Shown here in pieces: positions 6,890 to 15,578 of a stretch of 51,509 nucleotides of DNA; position 1 is the stretch's first letter; each line of letters opens with the position of its first letter. Both the position numbers and the translations under genes were made by a program. A model generated the notes under the pieces. It searched no databases. It saw only the letters and a list, made by a program, of their open reading frames with translations, and was not told the DNA's origin. Origin of the DNA: a virus (Duplodnaviria; Caudoviricetes); IMG/VR virus record IMGVR_UViG_3300028590_000551, positions 1 to 51,509 of that record, one strand, 5' to 3'.

Positions 6890-9012
6890 ATCTGTGGCCG
6901 GAATGGCCGTGGTCCGCCCGTCGCAAGGCGGCCACCAATGGCGGCATCGCGGCATCCCTGCGCGAAGGCCAGGGCATGGGCGTGTGGCAGGACATCATGG
7001 GCACGTGGCAGCCCCGGTCGCGCAACCCGTACCTGCTGGAGGCGCTGCGCGAGGCGATCCCGATCCTGGACGGCGGCATCAGCCGGCTGACCACGATGGA
7101 CGGCATCATCACGGTGGAGGGCGCCAACGACAAGCTGGTGCAGGAAATCGAGCAGTGGATGAACAACGTGCCGGTCAACGACCTGGAAACGGGATACCAG
7201 GCGTTCTACCGATCGCAGGGCGATGAACACTACGAACAGGGCGTTGGCATCGGCGAATTCATCTACGACGGCCGCGGCCGGGAGGTGATCGGCCTGCGTG
7301 TGGCGGACAGCAAGGGCGTGTGCTTCGTGCGACACGAAGGGGTGCTGCGAACGTTCTACCGCGCGCCCGAGCCCGACAGCGACCGTCGACCCGATGGGCT
7401 TGGCCAGGTGGAACAGATCCTGCGCGGAAGCGTACGGCACGACGTGCTGTCCGGTCTGCGCACGCTGGGCTTCGTGGAGCTTGATGCGCGCCAGTTGGTG
7501 TTCGCGTTGAACAAGCCGGAAGCCGACAACCCCTACGGCACCAGCATTCTGCGCAGCATCCCGTTCGTGGCGCAGATCCTGCTGAAAATGCAGAACGCCA
7601 CCGGCCGGGCGTGGGAGCGCTTCGGCGACCCCAGTTACCACGTGCACTACGGAACGAAGAACTCCAAAGTGGACAACCCGGAAGCGCAGAAGCGCGCCAA
7701 CGTCATTGCGGAAAACCTCGGCAAAGCGATGTTGGCGAAGAAGCGAGGCAACAGCATGGATCTCGCCACGGCCGCAGCGAAGGATGACGAAATCAAGGTC
7801 GGGGTGATCGGCGGCGCTGGCGAAGTGCTGGAAATCGAAGCGCCGGCACGCAGCATGCTGGAACAGATCGTGGCCGGGTTCGGCCTGCCGCCGTGGATGC
7901 TGGGCATCACCTGGTCGCAGGCCGCCGGCATCGGCGAACAGCAGTCGGTCGTGGTGCTGCAGGAATCGGAAACCCGGTTCGCCGTGCGCAAGCCGCAACT
8001 TCGCCGCCCCATCGAAGCCATGCTGCGCGCACGCGGGCGCACCTGGAAGCCGGGCGACTGGGATCTGGTGCAGCGCCTGCCCAACCTGATGGACGAGCAG
8101 AAGCGCGCGCAGGCTGGCTTCCTGCGGGCCCAGACGGCCCTGATGCTGGGCGAGAGCGGCCAGGTGGACCCGGCCGAGCTACGCCGCGGTATCGACAACA
8201 ACCTGCGCACGCCGCGCAGTCCGCGCACCGGCAAGGCGCGCACGAAGTCCGACGACACCACGGAGGGCGAACCATGGGCGCGCAACGACCCCGCGCTGCC
8301 CGCGCTGGAAGCCACAGCGTCCAGCGCGCTGAAGCGACAGTGGCACGCACTGGCGGCTGATGCCCTGCGCACGCTGGGCTTGGACACGCCTGACGGCGAA
8401 GCGTTCGAACTGGCGCCAGGCACGGAAGCCATGCTGCTGGCGCAGGGCAATGCGCGCGTGCCAGCCATGGCGAAGGCGTTGCTGGAAGCGCAGCTTGGCG
8501 CGTGGGATCGCGGTGTGCGTAACGGCGCCGACGACCTGGACGGCGGCAGAGGCGCCAAGGGGCTGATGGACGACCCGGTGGTGCAGGCCGCCATCGCGCG
8601 GCTGCGCGATCGCGTGCGCGAATCGCTGGCGCAGACGGGGCTGCAACTGGTGCGCGACGGATTCGCACGGCAGTACCAGTCGCGCATCGTCGCCGCGCTG
8701 GCGTCGGGTGAGTTCGACGGGCAGAACCCTGTGAACGTCGCGCGCGAACTGCAGCGCCGCTTCGATGGTGGCGACTACAACTGGGAACGGCTGGCGCGTA
8801 GCGAAATCGCCATGGCGCAGTCCGATGGATCGCTCGCGCTGTACGAACAGCAGGGCATCACGCTGGTGGACTACAGCACGGCGGAGGACGCGGCCGTGTC
8901 GACCATCTGTCGGGAGCTTGCCGCGGCCGGTCCGTACACGCTGGACAAGGCGCCGGTACCGGTGCGCGACTCGCACCCGAACTGCCGGTGCGCGATCGTG
9001 CCGAACGCCTGA
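6877..9012 (+). CDS. Portal protein fused to MuF-like minor head protein
   Basis: NPYGTSIL portal-type motif; C-terminus has ERLARSEIAMA...C...HPNCRC typical of Phage_Mu_F/SPP1 gp7. Start 6877 or 6886. Confidence 0.8.
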   Translation: MRIMNLWPEWPWSARRKAATNGGIAASLREGQGMGVWQDIMGTWQPRSRNPYLLEALREAIPILDGGISRLTTMDGIITVEGANDKLVQEIEQWMNNVPVNDLETGYQAFYRSQGDEHYEQGVGIGEFIYDGRGREVIGLRVADSKGVCFVRHEGVLRTFYRAPEPDSDRRPDGLGQVEQILRGSVRHDVLSGLRTLGFVELDARQLVFALNKPEADNPYGTSILRSIPFVAQILLKMQNATGRAWERFGDPSYHVHYGTKNSKVDNPEAQKRANVIAENLGKAMLAKKRGNSMDLATAAAKDDEIKVGVIGGAGEVLEIEAPARSMLEQIVAGFGLPPWMLGITWSQAAGIGEQQSVVVLQESETRFAVRKPQLRRPIEAMLRARGRTWKPGDWDLVQRLPNLMDEQKRAQAGFLRAQTALMLGESGQVDPAELRRGIDNNLRTPRSPRTGKARTKSDDTTEGEPWARNDPALPALEATASSALKRQWHALAADALRTLGLDTPDGEAFELAPGTEAMLLAQGNARVPAMAKALLEAQLGAWDRGVRNGADDLDGGRGAKGLMDDPVVQAAIARLRDRVRESLAQTGLQLVRDGFARQYQSRIVAALASGEFDGQNPVNVARELQRRFDGGDYNWERLARSEIAMAQSDGSLALYEQQGITLVDYSTAEDAAVSTICRELAAAGPYTLDKAPVPVRDSHPNCRCAIVPNA

Positions 9013-9112
9013 CCGTTAACCAACGGGGGAGACGGCGCATTGGCGCGTCTCCCAACCTTCACCCGCAGATGCAACCCACCGGCCCCGTATCGGGCCATTG
9101 CGGAGTGAAGCC

Positions 9113-9496
9113 GTGGACAAGAAGCCCGAAGAACTCGCCGAGATCCAGAATCTGACGATTCCGGAATTCTCCGAACGTCTGGCGGGCCTGACCCTCGTCG
9201 ACCTGACCGCACTGCGCGAACTGGAAGCGAAGGAAGCCAACCGCAAGGGCGCGCTGGAAGCCATCGACGAACTGGTCGCCAGGCTGGAAGCCGCTGCCGC
9301 CGATGCGCAGCGTGACCCGAACCCGCCGCCGACCGTGCAGACGGAAGCCGCGCCGGCACCGTCCGACGATGCGCCCGCCTGGCAGCGCGAGGACTACGCC
9401 GGCCCGCTGGACATCGAACAGGCTTCGTGGCGCAACGCCAACCTGAAGCCGGTAGCTGCGGCCACCAAGCCGGTGAAGGCGCCGAAGACCAAGTGA
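9113..9496 (+). CDS. Hypothetical head-module protein
   Basis: GGAG RBS before GTG; stop overlaps the next gene start. Confidence 0.6.
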   Translation: MDKKPEELAEIQNLTIPEFSERLAGLTLVDLTALRELEAKEANRKGALEAIDELVARLEAAAADAQRDPNPPPTVQTEAAPAPSDDAPAWQREDYAGPLDIEQASWRNANLKPVAAATKPVKAPKTK

Positions 9497-10572
9497 GCGG
9501 CCTGCACAAATCGCTGACGCTGTGCATCAAGGCGGCTGGTGATCCGACCGCCGACCAGCTGGCCGCCATCCGCCCGTACATGCTGGCGGACCTGCCGCCG
9601 GAACAGCTGTACGTGCGTACGTTCGCCCTGGCGCACAACGCCATCGACCGCGACGACGAGGCATTCGACGACTCGCTGCTGGCCGACTTCGCCCGCACGT
9701 TGCCGGGCAAGGGGCTTTTCATCAAGCACCCGTCTGGCTGGGATGGTGATTCCGGTCCGGGAGAGGGTCGGTTCTTCCACGCCGAACTGCAGACCATGAG
9801 TCACGCCGAGGCGCGCACGTTGCTGCGCCAGCCGGACCTGACGTGGCCTCCAGGCGTCACCACCGCCACCATCCTGATGGCCAGCGCCTACATGGTGCGC
9901 ACCGAGGGCAACAAGGATCTGCTGCTGAAGGCGGACGCCGGCATCGTGTCGGATGTGTCCATCGGCTTCACCGCCAAGCGCGGCGACTATTTCCGCGACG
10001 AAGCGGGCCGCGAAATGCAGGCCCGCCGTCTGACTTCCCCCGGCGAAGCGCTGGAAGGCTCGCTGGTCTGGCTGGGTGCGCAACCCGGCGCCCGCGCCAT
10101 CAAGGGCGCATCCCGTACCGAGGAACCCACCGTGGACCTGCAGAAACTGTTCGACGATGCCAAGGCCGCCAACACGGACTTGCAGAAGAAGCTGGACGCC
10201 GCGTCACCGTCGCACGACATCGTCGTCAAGGCGCGCGAAGCGCTGGGCGACCACGCCCACCTGATCGAAAAGCCGGGCGACCTGGCCGACGCGGTCAAGG
10301 CGGGCCAGGCGTTCCGCGACAGCCTCATCGACACCATCGTGCAGGGCGAGCGCAACGCGGGCCTGTGCGGAGACGACGAAGAGTCGGTCACCGCGGCCAA
10401 GGCCATCTACGCCGGCCAGCCGCTGGCGTCGCTGCAGAAGCGCGCCACCGCCGTGCAGGCGAAGGCGCCGAAGGGCGGCACCGTCACCCCCACCACCCCC
10501 GCCGCGCCCGAGCGCACCGACGAAGGCACGAAGGGTGCCCCGCCGGTGTTCGCCGCCGCGTTCAACGCCTGA
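9493..10572 (+). CDS. Putative prohead protease / scaffold fusion
   Basis: IDRDDE, H, DVSIGF and EGSLV motifs of HK97-type maturation proteases followed by a helical C-terminus; position before capsid. Confidence 0.65.
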   Translation: MSGLHKSLTLCIKAAGDPTADQLAAIRPYMLADLPPEQLYVRTFALAHNAIDRDDEAFDDSLLADFARTLPGKGLFIKHPSGWDGDSGPGEGRFFHAELQTMSHAEARTLLRQPDLTWPPGVTTATILMASAYMVRTEGNKDLLLKADAGIVSDVSIGFTAKRGDYFRDEAGREMQARRLTSPGEALEGSLVWLGAQPGARAIKGASRTEEPTVDLQKLFDDAKAANTDLQKKLDAASPSHDIVVKAREALGDHAHLIEKPGDLADAVKAGQAFRDSLIDTIVQGERNAGLCGDDEESVTAAKAIYAGQPLASLQKRATAVQAKAPKGGTVTPTTPAAPERTDEGTKGAPPVFAAAFNA

Positions 10573-10587
10573 CCGGAGAGCACGACC

Positions 10588-10932
10588 ATGGGTCTTCAGC
10601 TGCGCAGCCCGTCCAACCAGATCCGTGGCCTGCAGTTCGCCGCCACGGGCGCCACCGTCGCCAAGGTGCCGCACGTGCACAACGCCCGCGTGTTCATTCC
10701 GATGAACTCCGCGGACGCCGCGGCCAGCAACGAACACATCTACGACTCGGAGGTTTCGGGCGCACCGAAGGCCACGGGCGAGGCGTGGACGGTGGGCCAG
10801 GCGGTCTACTGGGACAACACCAACAAGCGCTTCACCACCACCGCATCGGGCAACACGGCCTGCGGCTTCGCCCTCGCTCCGGCGTTGGCGGGCGACACCG
10901 TCACCCCGCTGTTCCTCTTCAAGAGCTTCTAA
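10588..10932 (+). CDS. Capsid decoration/cement protein (DUF2190-like)
   Basis: KATGEAWTVGQAVYWD...TTTASGNT.CG.A pattern. Confidence 0.7.
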   Translation: MGLQLRSPSNQIRGLQFAATGATVAKVPHVHNARVFIPMNSADAAASNEHIYDSEVSGAPKATGEAWTVGQAVYWDNTNKRFTTTASGNTACGFALAPALAGDTVTPLFLFKSF

Positions 10933-10945
10933 GGGCCACGCCGAC

Positions 10946-12052
10946 ATGAAACTGAACATCGATTACGCGGCCCTGCAGGCCAAGGGCAACGAAGGCGCGC
11001 AGCGCACGGCACTGTTCAACAGCCTGAAGGCCGCGCTGCTGTATGCGCCCATCATGCTGGCGTGCATGTCGCCGGCCGAAGTGGCCAAGGCATCGCTGAA
11101 CCCCATGTCCCGCATCGCGGGCGTGGAGGATGGCAAGGGCTTGGACGACGCGCGCGTCAAAGGTTTCCTGCAGTCGGACCGCGCCACTCCCGTGGTGGGT
11201 GCGAAGTGGGCCACGCCCGGCGACAACCCCGTGCTGCAGCAGGTCACCAGCAGCGTGGTGCAGTTCTTCCAGGACAACGTGCGCGACATGGATCTGGGTT
11301 ACCAGGTGCTGTTCGACGACGTGCCCGGCCTGCTGGGGTCCAACCAGGACCACTTCGAACTGATCAACGCCAGCATGGGCTTCACGTGGTCGCAGCAGAA
11401 GCCCGGCGGCATCATCAAGCCGCGCCGCGAGATCACCGAAGCCAAGGTGTCGGTGCCATACCTGGAATACACCGAAGGCTTCAGCCTGCTGGATGTGTGG
11501 CTGCAGTTCGGCAAGTATTACCACATCGAAGAGGCGGTCAATGAGTTCGTTTCGACGTACTACGACCAGAAGGCCAGCCGTCATTACGGGCTGATCACGG
11601 GCCAGGGCGCCGGCATCAATGTGGCGTTCGCCACCGATGCAGCCACCACCTTCAACAAGGCGACGGCCAGCATCCTGCGCAAGTGCGAGGCCAAGGGCTA
11701 TGCCTTGGGCAGCAACCCGCAGGTGGACATTCTGGTGGCCCCGGAGAATGTCGGCTACGTGCTGGCCTTCCTGGACGCGCAGCGCGGCAGCCCCATGATC
11801 GCCTTCGGTACACAGAAGCAGCCGGTGGCCTTCAGTGTGCGCAATGTGATCGTCACCACGAAGGTGCCGGCCAACGACGCCAACTACTACGTGGTTCTGC
11901 CCGGCCGCAAGAACAAGCGCGCCGACTGGAAGCCGCTGACGGTGGAAAGCAAGCGCGAGCCCGCCGCGTCGGCCGAAGACTGGTACGGCAAGGGTCAGTA
12001 CAACGCGATCGTCGGCGACGCCGACCAGATCGCGCGCGTGGCGCTGGCCTGA
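10946..12052 (+). CDS. Major capsid protein (putative)
   Basis: 368 aa, position after protease and decoration genes, strongly biased codons, followed by a stable hairpin. Confidence 0.7.
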   Translation: MKLNIDYAALQAKGNEGAQRTALFNSLKAALLYAPIMLACMSPAEVAKASLNPMSRIAGVEDGKGLDDARVKGFLQSDRATPVVGAKWATPGDNPVLQQVTSSVVQFFQDNVRDMDLGYQVLFDDVPGLLGSNQDHFELINASMGFTWSQQKPGGIIKPRREITEAKVSVPYLEYTEGFSLLDVWLQFGKYYHIEEAVNEFVSTYYDQKASRHYGLITGQGAGINVAFATDAATTFNKATASILRKCEAKGYALGSNPQVDILVAPENVGYVLAFLDAQRGSPMIAFGTQKQPVAFSVRNVIVTTKVPANDANYYVVLPGRKNKRADWKPLTVESKREPAASAEDWYGKGQYNAIVGDADQIARVALA

Positions 12053-12062
12053 TCGGGGACGT

Positions 12063-12088
12063 GATGGCCCGGGGCAACCCGGGCCATC
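12063..12088 (+). other. Perfect 11-bp stem / GCAA tetraloop hairpin after the capsid gene (mRNA stabiliser or weak terminator)
   Basis: GATGGCCCGGG-GCAA-CCCGGGCCATC; no U-tract. Confidence 0.65.
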
Positions 12089-12095
12089 CGCATGC

Positions 12096-12545
12096 ATGGC
12101 GGCCAAGGTCAAGATCCAGGACATCACCGACGCCGGTTTCCGACCGGAGCAGTTCGGCACGCCTGCCGATTGGTCAGAGGGAACCGGCGGCTATCTTTCC
12201 CGCCTGATCGCCCGCGCCGAGCAGTGGGCCATCGGCCGCTTCGGCGCCGGCTATGCGGCCGTGCCGGAAGACAGCACCACCCACGAACGCCTGCGCGCCG
12301 CCGAACTGTGCTGGGTGTCGGGCCATCTGTGGAAGCGCCGCGCTGCCTTCATCGACAGCAATGCCACCGGCTCGCGCGAAGGGCTGGACTATCTGAACCG
12401 GCGCGAATACGAAAGCCAGGCGCAGCGCGCTTTCGAATGCGCCGACGACACCATGGCGCTGGCCCTGGGCATCACCGCGACCGGTACCGGCGCGGCACTG
12501 GCGCACGTGGAAACCGGCCCGTATGCGCCGGCGGGGACGGGCTGA
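12096..12545 (+). CDS. Putative head-tail adaptor
   Basis: Helical 149-aa protein right after the capsid gene; positional call. Confidence 0.5.
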   Translation: MAAKVKIQDITDAGFRPEQFGTPADWSEGTGGYLSRLIARAEQWAIGRFGAGYAAVPEDSTTHERLRAAELCWVSGHLWKRRAAFIDSNATGSREGLDYLNRREYESQAQRAFECADDTMALALGITATGTGAALAHVETGPYAPAGTG

Positions 12546-12955
12546 TGTTCCGCACCGTCGTGGACGCCAACGAAACAGTGAAGCTGCTGGACGTGTCGGC
12601 GCGCAACAGCCGCGCCGCCGCGCGCACGCTGATGCGGACGCTGGCCATCCAACTGCAGCGTGCCGCGGTGAAGCGGTCCACTGGTCCCAAGTCGGCCGCC
12701 GCTGGCGCCTATCCCATCCCGCGCCGAACCGGCACGCACGTTCGCGGCTTCGCCATGGAACTGAGCGACCGTTCGGCCGTCGTGTTCAACACCAACGTCT
12801 ACGCGCGCAGCCTGCACGACGGCTTCAAGCCGTACGGCAACCCGCATGCCCGGCCGATTCCCGCGCGCCCGTACTTCGACGACGCCATGGAAAAGGATCT
12901 GGACGTCGACGCCGCGCTGGCCGCCGCCGACAAGGTGCTGGGGGAGGGTGCATGA
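12545..12955 (+). CDS. Putative neck/tail-completion protein (Mu gpG / HK97 gp10-like)
   Basis: TNVYARSLHDG...IPARPYF motif. Confidence 0.6.
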   Translation: MFRTVVDANETVKLLDVSARNSRAAARTLMRTLAIQLQRAAVKRSTGPKSAAAGAYPIPRRTGTHVRGFAMELSDRSAVVFNTNVYARSLHDGFKPYGNPHARPIPARPYFDDAMEKDLDVDAALAAADKVLGEGA

Positions 12956-13446
12956 TCGCCGCCGCCCGCACCGCGCTGATGGAACTGATGATCGGCGACC
13001 CGCAGTTCATCACCGCCATGCAGGCGCTGAACCTGGGCAGCACCGGCGCCGCCGTCACGCCCAAGTGCCTGAAGGGCAATCGGCGCTTCGAACAGATCGG
13101 CGCCGAGAATCTCCCGTGCTGGCTGCACGATACCGGCGACCAGCAGCCCGGCCCCGCGTCGGCCGATGGCGACGCCATGGGGCTGACCATCAACAGCCAC
13201 CAGCAGGAATGGGTGGCAGACATCGTGCTGTCGCTGGTCTGGCACCAGCAGGACTACGACACCAGCGTGGACCAGACCGACGCGATCGGTCCGGCGCTGG
13301 TGCAACTGCTGCTGCGCAACCCCTCACTGGACGACACCTGCGACATGGCCTACGTGGCCGACGTGCTGACCGACCGCAACTACAACCACCCCGTGCATGC
13401 CGTCACGTTCACCGTGCGCGTGCATGGGGTCATCCACCGCGAGTGA
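12952..13446 (+). CDS. Putative tail terminator
   Basis: Position before the tail tube; LLRNPSLDD motif; coupled start. Confidence 0.5.
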   Translation: MIAAARTALMELMIGDPQFITAMQALNLGSTGAAVTPKCLKGNRRFEQIGAENLPCWLHDTGDQQPGPASADGDAMGLTINSHQQEWVADIVLSLVWHQQDYDTSVDQTDAIGPALVQLLLRNPSLDDTCDMAYVADVLTDRNYNHPVHAVTFTVRVHGVIHRE

Positions 13447-13451
13447 CCGCC

Positions 13452-13727
13452 ATGAAGAACCGTGCTTCCCGTGAAACATCGCAGGCCGTCCAGCCGCCCG
13501 GCACCGTCCGCGTGCGCATCGTGCTGCGACCGGGCGCCGTGAAGCTGGGTGACTGGAAAGGCGGCGAGATCGTCGACTGCACCCCCGAACAGGCCGAAGC
13601 CCTGCTGGCCAAAGGTTGCCAGCTTGCGGACGCCGCCCAGAACGCTGCCGCCCCCGCCGACGCCGACGCTGCCGCCGCAGTGGCAGGCGAGGGCGGCGGC
13701 GCCTCTTCCACGCCTTCCGCGGAGTAA
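13452..13727 (+). CDS. Small hypothetical protein
   Basis: ATG after a short gap; GEIVD...AEALLAKG pattern common in small proteins before tail tube genes. Confidence 0.5.
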   Translation: MKNRASRETSQAVQPPGTVRVRIVLRPGAVKLGDWKGGEIVDCTPEQAEALLAKGCQLADAAQNAAAPADADAAAAVAGEGGGASSTPSAE

Positions 13728-13733
13728 GCCCCC

Positions 13734-14729
13734 ATGCCACAGGCCACCGGTGCACTGACCAAACTGCTGGGCGTAACCCAGTCCGCCCTAAAGGCTGTTC
13801 CCGCGTCACCGGATGCGGAAATCCTGTACGTGCGCACGTACGACTACGACGCCGACCAGCCGCTGGAAAGCGACCCCACGCTCGCCGGCGGCCTCCGTGG
13901 AGAGCAACGCGGCGAGCGCGGGCGAGTGGACGGCAGCGGCAGTGCCGTGCTCACGCTGGGCACCAGCATCGGCTTCTGGTTGAAACATCTGGTTGGCGCA
14001 CCGACGACGGTGGGCGCTGCCTCGCCGTATACGCATACGTTCCAGGTTGGCAATGGAGCCAACGCCATTCCTCCTGCAATGCTGATCGAGGCTGACTACA
14101 GCAGCCGGATTGCAACCCCTGGCCGCTATGACCGCGACATGGATATCCGTGTCGAGTCCGCCACCTTCGCGTTCAGTACAGGATCTGCATTCCAGCAGGC
14201 CACGTTCAACCTGCGCGGCGCCAGCCTGTCCACCCAGCCTGGTGCGCCGGTGGATGCCTCGCCGACCGACTACGGCCACGTGGGCTGGGGGGTGTCCGGC
14301 GTGACGCTGGAACTGGACGGCGGTGCCACGCAGGTGTGCGTGGAAACGCTGAACGTGACCTGGAACAACGACCTGGACACGGACCTGTATTGCCTCAACG
14401 ACGGTGGCCAGCGGCATGACTTGCCGGAAGGTCGCGCGATCGTGACGGGCGACGGCGTCGCCCAGTTCGATTCCCCGGTGCTTCGCGCCAAGGCGCTGGC
14501 CGGTACCGATCTGGCACTGAAGGTCACCCTGAAGCGCGGCTCCGGGGCTGGCACCGTCGGCAACGAACAGCTGGAACTGACCATCCCTGTATCGGTGATC
14601 AAGGCTCCCAAGCCGCCCATCAGCGGCCCGCGCGGCCTGAAACAGAACTTCACTTTCCAGGCCTACCGCGCGACCGGTGCGGAACTGGCCGTCACGTGGG
14701 TGCTGAAGAGCCCCCGCGCGGCGATCTGA
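13734..14729 (+). CDS. Major tail (tube) protein
   Basis: 331 aa, beta-rich, YTHTF motif; directly before the chaperone and tape measure genes. Confidence 0.75.
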   Translation: MPQATGALTKLLGVTQSALKAVPASPDAEILYVRTYDYDADQPLESDPTLAGGLRGEQRGERGRVDGSGSAVLTLGTSIGFWLKHLVGAPTTVGAASPYTHTFQVGNGANAIPPAMLIEADYSSRIATPGRYDRDMDIRVESATFAFSTGSAFQQATFNLRGASLSTQPGAPVDASPTDYGHVGWGVSGVTLELDGGATQVCVETLNVTWNNDLDTDLYCLNDGGQRHDLPEGRAIVTGDGVAQFDSPVLRAKALAGTDLALKVTLKRGSGAGTVGNEQLELTIPVSVIKAPKPPISGPRGLKQNFTFQAYRATGAELAVTWVLKSPRAAI

Positions 14730-14754
14730 CGCAACAACCACAGGAGCGGCGGCG

Positions 14755-15171
14755 GTGTTTCGACTGGCGGATATCGGCAAGGTGTGGGTACCGGTGGCAT
14801 TGCCCATCGGCGAGGACGGCGCGGGCACGCAGATCCATCTGCGCATGCGCCTGCTGACGCGCAAGGAACTGCGCGAGCGCGAGCGCAGCGCCATGGTGCG
14901 CACGGCCGGTGAACTGGTGGCCACTGCGGAGAAGATCCGCACGACGGAAGACCTGCAGCGCGTGTTCGACGCGGTCACGCAGGTCGAGGCCACCGACCTG
15001 CAGGAACTGGCCGACCGCATCGACGACTGGCGCGACGTGTACGACGAGGCGGGCGAACCGCAGGCGTTCAGCGCCGAGCGCCTGGCCGCCTGCCTGGATT
15101 ACCTGTGGTTCTTCCAGGCCGCGCGCGAAGCGCTGTTCCGCGCCAGCCGTGAAGGGGTGGCAAAAAACTAG
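14755..15171 (+). CDS. Tail assembly chaperone (gpG-like)
   Basis: Ends AKN* at slippery sequence A AAA AAC (15162-15168). Confidence 0.75.
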   Translation: MFRLADIGKVWVPVALPIGEDGAGTQIHLRMRLLTRKELRERERSAMVRTAGELVATAEKIRTTEDLQRVFDAVTQVEATDLQELADRIDDWRDVYDEAGEPQAFSAERLAACLDYLWFFQAAREALFRASREGVAKN

Positions 15172-15578
15172 AAGCCTGGGCCCGGTGGATTGCCGGCGCG
15201 GGTCCAGGCGTGGAAGACCAGCGGCTGTGGGACTTCGAAAGGAAATACGACGAGTGCTTCACATCCGACTACTGCAGGCAGTGCCCGAAGGTCTGCGACG
15301 ATTGTCCGCAGCCGCGGCTGCTGCCCGATGCGGTACCGGCCGCGCTGGCGTATCTGCGCTGTCGGGGACAGTGGAGCTACGCGCCCAGCGGCCTGCCCAC
15401 GGGACTGCGCATGGGCGACTGCCTGACGATCATTCGCGCGTCGCTGGACCGCATCGGCGTGACGCGTGCGGATCTTCCGCGCCTGCTGGACGACCTGCTG
15501 GTGATCGAGCGGGCCTTCGTGACGGCACGCGTGGACGTGGCCGAGCGGGAGCGCGCGCAGCGTGACCCAGCGCACTAG
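15168..15578 (+). CDS. Tail assembly chaperone -1 frameshift extension (gpT-like, DUF1799-like)
   Basis: The -1 frame is open from the slippery site to 15578; QW...G.PTGL motif. Confidence 0.7.
   Translation, partial: LEAWARWIAGAGPGVEDQRLWDFERKYDECFTSDYCRQCPKVCDDCPQPRLLPDAVPAALAYLRCRGQWSYAPSGLPTGLRMGDCLTIIRASLDRIGVTRADLPRLLDDLLVIERAFVTARVDVAERERAQRDPAH

Noticed and set aside
12063-12088. Rho-independent terminator after the capsid gene
   Set aside because: The stem-loop is perfect but has no U-tract, and the next gene starts 8 nt later; kept only as a hairpin.
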